A stretch of 63,845 bases of DNA from Mustelus asterias (lineage: Eukaryota), in contig NC_135808.1 of NCBI RefSeq assembly GCF_964213995.1, positions 22,568,001-22,631,845 of the forward strand, in the 5' to 3' direction. This document shows, piece after piece, positions 47,804-58,419 of the stretch (position 1 is the first letter of the stretch; every line of letters begins with the position of its first letter). The position numbers were made by a program, and so were the translations under genes. Below the pieces are notes generated by a model. That model was not told the origin of the DNA and made no database searches. It saw only the letters and a list, made by a program, of their open reading frames with translations.

Positions 47804-49939
47804 ATTTCAAACTGGATACTTCCGAATAAAAACCTTGGAGAAAAATGGATTAGAAGATAACGTGCCAAATGTTCCCCAGGGTGATTTTTATGAAGATTTT
47901 AAACACAAGAATAATCCATGAGCAATCGCCTTAAATTCAGCTCCTGAATTTGAAGTTACACCATCAAAGCTTAAAAAAAACGACCCCACTCTGACAGATG
48001 TGAATTTGTATCTGGATTAGAAATCCCGCATGTTTCACCCGTTTCAACAGAGTTTCATTGTAGCGGCAACAAGCTCCCAGTTTAAAAACTTTTAAACTGT
48101 TCTCCCCCTTTAGACCTAACCATTTTCAGGAAAAAACATCAGAGTTGGAGCTGGTCTGAAGGAACAGCAATGCAGAGCATTCACACAGCCTTTCCTCATT
48201 CACTGACAGGGAGTTTACACGCACACATCTGTACACACAATTCTTTCTCACATCACTTCAAGTTTCACTCTGGATCTTTTCAACATTAAAAACGTGTCTT
48301 TAAAAAGGGGGTAAAATAAATTCCATCACATCTTCTTTCTTCACTCATGTCTGTTGTTGAAATTAAGGGAAAACCGCGTTTCACAAATAACAGAAAAGGA
48401 AACATTGAAGATTGTTACATTGAAACAACAGAGGGCGGAATTTCCAACAGACTGTGTTTCAATTCCAAAACTTATACAAACATCTTCAACTTGAAAATTA
48501 TCATACAATGGGCTAAATAGCCTCTGTCAACACCAGAACAATTCTGTAACTCCAAATGTCAAGGTGAGATAGTTAGCTTCACGAATGTTAGAGATGGCCA
48601 TTGTCTGGCACTTGTGGGTGTGAATGTAATCTTCCACATATCAGCCAAAGCCTGAATTTTGTTCACCTCTTGCATCACATAGAATCCACAGAATTCCTAC
48701 AGTGCAGAAGGAGGCCATTTAGCTCATCACCTCCATGTTGATTCTCCAAAAGTCCATCTTATCCAAACTGACAGTTAGCTAAGGCTGTAATCGAATCTGG
48801 GTCCTTGGTGCTGTGAGGCAGCAGCGCTAACTACTGTGCCACCGTGTCACCCACATGGACACAGGTTGTTTCACATCCTTTAGATCTGTGCACAGAATGG
48901 AGGAATATTCATAAAGTAAAAGGAACAGTTGTTTGTTTACAAGTCAGAATATCTCTGACCATAAACAACCCAGTTGTTCACACAGTATTTTAAACTTTGT
49001 GAGTTTCTTTAATTTCTTTTTTCTCATCTGCTTCTGATATTCCACCAACCAGACATCAACAGCCCATTTCTGAGAAGCAGCGAGATCCATTTCTTCATCC
49101 TGATTCAATAATCTAATCTTTGGTCTCACATCTCCGTGATCTCTCACTATTCGTTTCTTCCTGTCGACTTTCTCCCAAACATTCCAATTTCCCGACTCTG
49201 ATCCAAGCATCAAATCTCTAAATACTGTTTCTTTGTGCACCATTTTACCTTTCAATTTAACTCTGCCCGATCAACTCTTCACTTTTTCAAATCAATTCAT
49301 TCCCGAACAAACATAGTAACCTTTCAAACAGGACTGGACAGCCTGCTCACCTTTTCCTCATAAAACAAATCCCAATCATTCCAAATAAACATTCTCTGTA
49401 CATCTGCCAGAAAAACACTGACACAAATTACAGGTGTGGTGTTAACAATGGTGTGGACATTTGTCACAAGGCTGATTTATTCTGTTCTGTAATCCCTTTA
49501 CAATAAAGACCAAAGTACCATTTGCTTTCCTGGTTGTGCACATTGCTGCCTCACAGCACCAGGGACCCGGGTCCAATCCGGGTTTGCATGACTCTATGTG
49601 GAGTTTGCACATTCTCCCTCTATGATTCTACCTGGAGGAGTTTCTGTGTTCCTTGTAGAGTACATACAAGTGTCTCATTTTCAAAGAAGTGTTCTACTTT
49701 TCCATCCTTGCTCGCAAAGTTGAATAGCCCCCACAGCTGTGTCCTCTGCCACATACAAGCAGTTTGAGTGCTTTCCAACTGTGTGAAACAGGAAGCCACA
49801 TTTCAACTCAAAGACACAGTCATTATGCCATGTGCATTCACTGTACCCACAGACAAAACTGTTTGACTTCATTTCACCTGAATTAATAAGTAAATACATG
49901 TGCCCTGGTGTCAGAAATACCCTGACACAGAATCAGTTA

Positions 49940-50260
49940 TGGGCAGCACGATGGCAAGTGGTTAGCACTGCTGCCTCATTGCACAAGGGCCCCGGATTCA
50001 ATGCCGGCTTCGGGTCACTGTCTGTGCGGAGTTTGCATGTTCTCCCCGTATCTGCGTGTATTTCCTCCGGGTGCTCCGGTTTCCTCCCACAGTCTGAAAG
50101 ACGTGCTGCTCAGGTGCATTGGCCATGCTAAATTCTCCCTCAGTGTACCCGAACATGCACCGCAGTGTGGCAACTAGGGGATTTTCACTGTAACTTCATT
50201 GCAGTGTTAATGTAAGCGTACTTGTGACTAATAAATAACTTTAAAATAAACTTTAAAAAA
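49940..50260 (+). mobile_element. tRNA-derived SINE
   Basis: A-box-like TGGCAAGTGGTTAG, B-box-like GGATTCAATGCC, AT-rich TAAACTT tail. Confidence 0.8.
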
Positions 50261-50639
50261 CATTTCAAATCTGCAGATATTTCAACAGATCAGAGAGGCT
50301 GAGTGTGAGATTAATACTGTGCTTGTCTCCGAAACAATATCACAAAGAGATGAGACTGCCTCTTCGATAGAACTTTTTTAGGTAAGAAACAGCCTTTACA
50401 AGGTTTCCTGGAACCAATACTTTGTTTGATAATCTGTGCCTCACAGCCAAGACTCACTCTGACTCTGTCTCTCACTCTGCCCTCTCTTTATTTCTCCCTT
50501 GCGCGGTGGAGCAAAGTGGGACACTCTCAGTGAAGGCTGGACTCGCTTCAATGTACAGGTCTACTGGCAGGCTGGTTTAGCAAAGTGACATCCGTACGGA
50601 CCAGTAGGAATGCGCAGAAGGCCATATTGTGTTGGCAGG

Positions 50640-51151
50640 AGACACAGTGTGGCCCCCACATCCACCCACATTACACTCCATCTGCCACCTTGCAGCCCAT
50701 TTGATTAACTTCTCCACATCACTTTGCAGCTCTCTCCATGTCCTCCATACAGTTTGCGTTTCATAGAAACAGAGAGAAGAGAAACAGGAGTAGGACATTC
50801 GGCCCTTCAATCCTGCTCTGCCATTCATTATTATCATGGCTGATCTTCCAACTTAATAGCCTGATCCAGTCTCCCCCATTGATCCCCTTCACCCCTCCTT
50901 CTTGAAAATAAACAATGTTTTGGCCTCAATTGCTTGTTGTGGTAATGAATTCCACAGGCTTACCGCTATCTGGGTGAAGATATTTCTCTTCATCTCAGTC
51001 CTCAATGGTTTACCCTTTATCTTTAGAGGACAACCCATGGTTCTGGACTCCCCCACCATCCTTCCTGCACCTGCTCTGTCTCTTTCTGTTACAATTTTAT
51101 AGGTTTCTATGAGATGCCCCTCATTCTTCTCAACTCCAGCAAATACAAGCC
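50640..51151 (-). mobile_element. Degenerate CR1 fragments
   Basis: HLIETYKIV...VSLWNSLPQ and KWAARWQMECNV remnants. Confidence 0.7.
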
Positions 51152-51976
51152 TGTTATGGTTGAGGTCAGAAACTAGAAAGGGTTTTATGGAGCTCGCCTG
51201 GATCATAAGTTTTGCATCATCAATTTGGCTCGGAATAACATGATAGGCTTCCCTTCAGATATGATTCAAATGATCCACTAGGGAGCTTTTATCAAACAAA
51301 GTTTATTTAAGAATATAGTTAATCTGTACAGTCAGAAAAGTAGCAAGAACTCTTATCAATTACAAACAAGAAACAAAACAACCACTATAATGTATAATCC
51401 TCAACAAATATATCTAATGTGTTCCAATCAAACCAATCCCGTAGACAAAATACCCTGTTCACGGGGTTAACACAGCACAGTCTAATGCTCATGTGATACT
51501 GGACTTGAGTCCTTTGGATGAAGTCTGCAGTTCCCTGGATAGACTCAGAACAGTTTGGAGTCTGAACAGCTTCCACAAACACCAGGGACTCTCGGCAAGC
51601 CACCAACAGCACATTTCTCCCCTTCAGAATTTCCAAAACCAGGGAGAGAGAGAGAGAGAGACTTTCAGCTTGCTGCCCCTTCTGAAACTCAACTCTAACT
51701 GCAGCCAAACAGAAAATGAAACCTTAAACTCACTGATAGAAAAACTGTCCAAAAACACATGACCATCCTCCTAGCAATGCAGGGTCACAAAACAACCCAG
51801 AGTTAAAATAGACAGATCCCATTTAAACAATTGAAGTAGCACTAAAAGGACATCTCCAATCAAACCAGCAGCAAATGACATTACCTGAGGTTGTGAGCTG
51901 AGAAAATATTGAAGCTGTGAGAGTTGCAGAGATCATGATTTTTAAAAAACTTTCTCAAAAGTACACTGACGTCACA
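51152..51976. mobile_element. Possible solo LTR interrupting a CR1 relic
   Basis: TGTTA...TCACA termini, and CR1-like sequence resumes after it. No convincing TSD. Confidence 0.35.
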
Positions 51977-52563
51977 ATCCCAACCAACTCAATCTCTCCT
52001 TATTTCCTATCTTTGTAGCTGCTCCAAATTTAGATCCATCACATTCTGTCTCTTCATCTGAGTCACACATAAAGATTGTAAATGACTGATTTTCCCAGCA
52101 CTGATCTCGTGACACTCCACTCGTCACAGTCGGCCAACTTGTAAATGCCCCATTTATGCCAAATCAATGTTTCCTGTCCATGAGCCAATCCTCTATTAAT
52201 GCAAATACATTGCCCTCAACTCCTGGTCTTGGAGGGGGTGCAGTTCTGATCACCAGAATAATAAAAGGAGGTGAAATAAAAGGGGTTTTTATTCCCCAGC
52301 TTTTAGAATGTTGATGGGTGATCTGATCGATCTGTTTAGAATGCTAAAATAATTCAGCAGTGTGGAATCCACATCCAGTCTCTCCACAATAAAAAGTTAA
52401 CAATTGGAGCTTTTCAATCTCAGAGTGACAGATTTTTATTGGGTAATGATATCTGAGGATATGGTTTATAGTCAGAAACTGGGGTCCAGATCTGCAGTGA
52501 TTTCACTGAATGGTTCGCTCAGACCTGCTGCTGTTCTTAATGTCCTTCCCTCTGTCACTGGAT

Positions 52564-52718
52564 CAAACTCCTTTCAGCTGATTCTACCCGGCAACTGATG
52601 ATGTCAGCAGCTGTCTTTACCTGATTGGACAGTTCTCAACATTGAGGCACTCTCTCACCCTGTTTGTGTCTACTCCGCCGGAGACTGATGACTCACTGAA
52701 TCTCTTTATTCTGATTGG
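52564..52718 (+). promoter_or_regulatory. Two tandem S-X-Y modules upstream of gene 3
   Basis: Distal: CAAACT, CCCGGCAACTGATGATGTCA, CTGATTGG (52621). Proximal: CACCCT, CCGGAGACTGATGACTCA, CTGATTGG (52711). Confidence 0.65.
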
Positions 52719-53662
52719 TTCAGTCCTATTTTGTGTCCAATCAGATTGAGGCTCAGTGTAAACAGGGAAAGACAGAAGGAGTGAGTTGAGCAAATGGCCT
52801 TTCTTTGAAAAAGAGTTTCCTCCAAATGTTTCCCCCAACATGAGGGAAGCAGCAATGATTGGACTGATAGAGCTGGTCCTTCTGTGTGGAGAGGTGTCTG
52901 CAGGTGAGTGATGGGGTGTGAGAGGGGCAATGCCAGGCTGGGTACTGGGGCATTAACCCTGGGTCAGTGAGTGATGGGGTGTGAGAGGGGCAATGCCAGG
53001 CTGGGTACTGGGACATTAACCCTGGGTCAGTGAGTGATGGGGTTTCAAAGGGGCAATGCCAGGCTGTGTGGAGGCCTTGCTCTCGGTTTGGAATCAGTGT
53101 TTTGGGGTTCATGCCCTGATCTCTGTGTGTGTGTGTGTGTGTGTGTGAGGGTGTTGGTGTTTTTAGGGTGTCTATCCTGAATTCTCTCTCTCTCTATTTC
53201 AGGCTCTCACTCTCTCCGGTATTTCCTCACGGGAATGACTCCGATCCCGGGTTTCCCGGAGTTTGTGGCTGTCGGTTATGTGGACGGTGTCCAGTTTGTT
53301 GTGTACGTCAGCGATCGGAGGGAGCTGATCCCCCGGGAGCAGTGGATGGTGGAGAGCGAGGGGCTCGAGTCCTGGGAACAGAAGAAGAAGCTCACACAGG
53401 AAGGGGAGCGATGTCTCAAAGATAATATTCAGACCCTCATGTATCGAACCAACCAGTCGGGAGGTGAGTCTTCAAACTCCCAGCACTCAGCCTCTTTCTC
53501 AGGATGCAGGGCGTATGGGTCAGAGTGGGAGAAACTGGGAGCGGATCAGGATCTGGGACTGGGGGCTGAGGTTGTGCATGAGCTCTGTCAGGTCTGTTGG
53601 TCAATTGAATCTGATTGTGTGTGTTTGGTGGTTTTCCCTCTAGTTGGATTGGGCCGGATTGG

Positions 53663-53694
<32 letters not shown>

Positions 53695-54071
53695 TGGCTG
53701 GACCTCCAGTGGGAACGGATCTGTTTGGGTGGGTTCATGGTGAGTGCAGCTTTTATTGGGACTGGCCCTGATTGGCAGGTTATCTTTCTAATCCACAGGG
53801 ATCCACATACACCAGCTGATGACTGGCTGTGACCTGAGTGATGATGGGAATACGACTGGATTCAACCAGTATGGGTGGGACGGACTAGATTTCATCAGTT
53901 TTGATAAGGATCTTCTGGTGTGGGTGACCCCCGTCCCTTGGGGAGAGATCATCAAACAAAAGTGGGAGGGCAGCACGGGCATTAACCAGCGATGGAAACG
54001 TTACCTGGAGGTGGAGTGTATCGAGTGGCTGAGGAAATATCTGGAGTACGGACAAAAATTACTGAGAGTCG

Positions 54072-55315
54072 GTGAGTGAGGGCGGGAGTGAGAGTCGGTG
54101 AGTGAGGGGGGAGTGAGAGTCGGTGAGTGAGGGGGGAGTGAGAGTCGGTGAGTGAGAGTCGGTGAGTGAGGGGGAAGTGAGAGTGAGGGAGGAGTGAGAG
54201 CCAGTGAGTGAGGGGGGAGTGAGAGTCGGTGAGTGAGGGGGGAGTGAGAGTCGGTGAGTGAGGGGGGACTGAGAGTCGGTGAGTGAGGGGGGACTGAGAG
54301 TCGGTGAGTGAGGGGGGACTGAGAGTCGGTGAGTGAGGGGGGAGTGAGAGTCGGTGAGTGAGGGGGGAGTGAGAGTCGGTGAGTGAGGGGGGAGTGAGAG
54401 ACGGTGAGTGAGGGGGGAGTGAGAGATGGTGAGTGAGGGGGGAGTGAGAGTCGGTGAGTGAGGAGGGGAGTGAGAGTCGGTGAGTGAGGGGGGGAGTGAG
54501 AGTCGGTGAGTGAGGGGAGTGAGAATCAGTGAGTGGTGGGGAGTGAGAGTCGGTGAGTGAGGGGGGAGTGAGAGTCGGTGAGTGAGGGGGGAGTGAGAGT
54601 CGGTGAGTGAGGGGGGAGTGAGAGTCGGTGAGTGAGGGGGGAGTGAGAGTCGGTGAGTGAGAGTCGGTGAGTGAGGGGGAAGTGAGAGTGAGGGAGGAGT
54701 GAGAGCCAGTGAGTGAGGGGGGAGTGAGAGTCGGTGAGTGAGGGGGGAGTGAGAGTCGGTGAGTGAGGGGGGACTGAGAGTCGGTGAGTGAGGGGGGACT
54801 GAGAGTCGGTGAGTGAGGGGGGACTGAGAGTCGGTGAGTGAGGGGGGAGTGAGAGTCGGTGAGTGAGGGGGGAGTGAGAGTCGGTGAGTGAGGGGGGAGT
54901 GAGAGACGGTGAGTGAGGGGGGAGTGAGAGATGGTGAGTGAGGGGGGAGTGAGAGTCGGTGAGTGAGGAGGGGAGTGAGAGTCGGTGAGTGAGGGGGGGA
55001 GTGAGAGTCGGTGAGTGAGGGGAGTGAGAATCAGTGAGTGGTGGGGAGTGAGAGTCGGTGAGTGAGGGGGGAGTGAGAGTCGGTGAGTGAGGGGGGAGTG
55101 AGAGTCGGTGAGTGAGGAGGGAGTGAGAGTCGGTGAGTGAGGAGGGAGTGAGAGTCGGTGAGTAAGGGGGGAGTGAGAGTCGGTGAGTGAGGGGGGAGTG
55201 AGAGACGGTGAGTGAGGGGGGAGTGAGAGTCGGTGAGTGAGGGGGGAGTGAGAGTCGGTGAGTGAGGGGGGAGTGAGAGTCGGTGAGTGAGGGGGGAGTG
55301 AGAGTCGGTGAAGGG
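54072..55315 (+). repeat. 25-bp donor-containing minisatellite in gene 3 intron 3 (about 50 units, with a ~505-bp internal duplication)
   Basis: Variant blocks at 54171/54676 and 54521/55026. Confidence 0.93.
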
Positions 55316-55726
55316 GGTGATGCCGGGACTCTCTATCTCGAGGTTCCTGTACTGACTCCTCTTTCTTTCTCTCTCAGTTGCCCCCGTCGTGTCCTTTACC
55401 CGTCTGGGTGATTCTAACCGGCTGTCCTGTGCCGTCACTGGGTTTTACCCTCAAGCCATCGAGGTGAATCTGTGGAGAGATGGAGTGATGATTGCTGAGA
55501 CTCTGTTTAGTGGGATTTTACCCAATGAAGACAGCACCTCCAGATCTGAAAATGGATCGAGTTTGATCCAGAGGACCAGGCCGACTATTCCTGTCGGGTG
55601 GAACACAGCGGGATGAAGGAGACACTGGTGGTGATTTACGGTAAGACTGTTTCTCACTGTTAGAGAGGACCCAGCCTCAGACCAGGATCACAGGAGTGAG
55701 GGTCAGTGCTGAGCTGTCAGCTGAGG

Positions 55727-56050
55727 ACAGGGCTGTGAGGCCCAGTGATTAGCGCTGCTGCCTCACAGCGCCAGGGATCCGGGTTCAATTCCAGCCCCGG
55801 GTCGCTGTCTGTGTGGAGTTTGCACATTCTCCCCGTGCCTGCATGGGTTTCCTCTCGGTTCTCCGGTTCCTCTCGCAGTCCAAAGATGTGCAGGTTCGGT
55901 AGAGTGGCCATGCTAAATTGCCTGTTAGTGTCAGGGGGATTAGCAGGGTAAACACATGGGTCACGTGGATAGAGCCTGGGTGGGATTGTTGTTGGTGCAG
56001 GCTCGATGGGCTGAATGGCATCTTTCTTTCTGTACTGAATGGATTCTATA
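55727..56050 (+). mobile_element. tRNA-derived SINE in gene 3 intron 4
   Basis: CAGTGATTAGCGCTGCTGCCTCACAGCGCCAGGGATCCGGGTTCAATTCC head. Confidence 0.8.
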
Positions 56051-56790
56051 TTTCTCTGATTCTCTGACAGCCTGAGGCCCAGGACACAGAGCGAGGGAAA
56101 GATATATTAATCTTCAATACATTATATACCATGGTGCTACCATTCGGGGACAGGAATTGGGATTACTGGGATTTTACTGTGCCACAGGCCCCATTGTCTC
56201 CTGAGATATTATCGTACGAATGGGCCCAGTTTATCCTGGGATATTACAATATGGCAGGACCCAGTGAATCCTGTGTTACAGGCGGTGGGGGGTTGTCAGT
56301 ATAAACTGCCCTGATTTCCCCCCTCACGACTCGTCCACTAACAGTAAGTTTTTAAAAAAATTCTGAGCTCCCTCTTTATAAATGGTGGCATCTTTTCCCC
56401 AACCCATAAATTTGGAGTGTTCCTATTCTCTGTGAATAACTTGCACAGTAAACCTGAGGTAAGATGAAAATACACACATGAGAAAAGTTTCACAACATTG
56501 ACCCCTCTGCACTCACACAGTGAACGGGGAAGGAAGAGGGTTCAGGGCCCGATCACAATAAAAAAAATGCGAGGGTTTTACATGTGTCCAGAATGAGCAG
56601 TCTAATGGAAGGTTTCTTTCAAGGGGAGGTTGATGGATTATAGGGTGGTCCACCTGCAGTGACTTTAACAAGGCCCACGATGTGGACCTCTTAGAATACT
56701 CGCTCCCAAATTAAGCCAGTAATGGATTGTCCAATCAGGGAGCCCTGTATGTGTACATAATGTGGAGTGTCAGCGTTACTCGCACTCTGG

Positions 56791-57078
56791 GTTTAAAGTT
56801 TGAAGTTTATTTATTAGTGGTACAAGGAGGCTTACATTAACACTGCAATGAAGTTACTGTGAAAATCTCCTGGTCACCACATTCCGGCACCTGTTCGGGT
56901 ATCCTGAGGGAGAATTTAGCATTACTAATGCACCTAACCAGCACAACCTTTGGACTGTGGGAGGAAACCCACACAGACACGGGGAGAATGTGCAAACTCC
57001 ACACAGACAGTGACCCAAGCGGTAATTGAACCCAGGTCCCTGGTGCTGTTAGGCAGCAGTGCTAACCACTGTGCCACC
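56791..57078 (-). mobile_element. tRNA-derived SINE
   Basis: Minus-strand TGGCACAGTGGTTAGCACTGCTGCC head. The tail matches 49940-50260. Confidence 0.8.
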
Positions 57079-57124
57079 AGTATGAGGAAGTACCTGTCTG
57101 AGAGTTGCTTACTTTGTTGCTTAC

Positions 57125-58303
57125 TCTTGCCTTTGACAAGGTACTGCATGGTAGGTTATTGCTTAAGGTTAAATCTCACGGGATCTGGGGTGAGGTATCT
57201 AAATGGATACAAAATTGGCTTCTTGACAGAAGCCAGAGTGTGGTTGTAGAGAATTGTTTTTCAAACTGGAGGCCTGTGACCAGCGGTGTGCCTCAGGGAT
57301 CAGTGCTGTGTCCACTGTTATTTGTCACTTATATTAATGATTTGGATGAGAATAGAGGAGGCATGGTTAGTGAGTTTGCAGATGACATGAAGATTGGTGG
57401 CATAGTGGACAGTGAAGAAAGTTATCTCCAATTGCAACGGGATCTTGATCAATTGGGCCAGTGGGCTGACGAATGGCAGATGGAGTTTAATTTAGACAAA
57501 TGCAAGGTGATGCATTTTGGTAGATTGAACCAGGGCAGGACTTACTCAGTTAATGGTAGGGCATTGGGGAGAGTTACAGAATAAAGAGATCTCGGGGTAC
57601 ATGTTCATAGCTCCTTGAAAGTGGAGTCACAGGTGGACAGAGTGGTGAAGGAGGCATTCGGCATGCTTGGTTTCATCGGTCAGAACATTGAATACAGGAG
57701 TTGGAATGTCTTGTTGAAGTTGTACAAGACATTGGTAAGGCCACACTTGGAATACTGTCTGCAATTCTGGTCACCCTATTATAGAAAGGATATTATTAAA
57801 TTAGAAAGCGTGCAGAAAAGATTTACTAGGATGCTACTGGAACTTGATGGATTGAGTTATAAGGAGAGTTTGGATAGACTGGGATTTTTTTCTCTGGAGC
57901 GTCGGAGGCTGAGGGGTGATCTTATAGAGGTCTATAAAATAATGAGGGGCACAGATCAGCTCGATAGTCAATACCTTTTCCCAGAGGTAGGGGAGTCTAA
58001 AACTAGAGGGCATAGGTTTAAGGTGAGAGGGGAGAGATACAAAAGTGTCCAGAGAGGCAATTTTTTCTCACAGAGGGTGGTGAGTGTCTGGAACAAGCTG
58101 CCAGAGGTAGTATAGAGGCGGGTACAATTTTGTCTTTTAAAAAGCATTCAGATAGTTACATAGGTACGATGGGTATAGAGGGATATGGGCCAAATGCGGG
58201 CAATTGGGATTAGCTTCGGGGTTTAAAAAAAAAAATGGGCGGCATGGACAAGTTGGGCCGAAGGGCCTGTTTCCATGCTGTAAAGCTCTATGACTCTATG
58301 ACG
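57125..58303 (+). mobile_element. CR1 LINE 3' fragment (same subfamily as 21824-22735)
   Basis: AFDKV...PQGSVL...FADD...LVRPHLEY, with a (CTATGACT)-like tail. Confidence 0.9.
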
Positions 58304-58419
58304 CTATGTTAATGAATCTAAATTTGGTGAAGGGACACCAGCCTTGTGGGAGTTATTTCAGAGACGAACATGATGGAACTTGTAAAATTTGGCCTAAGTT
58401 GGGGTCAGCCATTCTTCTG

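Larger units (their letters stand above)
11768..49330 (+). repeat. Recent ~18-kb tandem segmental duplication (11768-28190 vs 29531-49330)
   Basis: Collinear, near-identical promoters, introns, TE relics and 3' flanks. The units differ mainly by three CR1 insertions and by minisatellite lengths. Confidence 0.93.

Noticed and set aside
11768-49330. Genes 1 and 2 as an uncollapsed-haplotype assembly artefact
   Set aside because: The sequence is contiguous with a distinct junction, the post-duplication insertions are independent, and a third, more diverged copy follows. Read depth should still confirm this.
49940-50020. tRNA gene
   Set aside because: The tRNA-like A/B boxes are the head of a multi-copy SINE and there is no complete cloverleaf.
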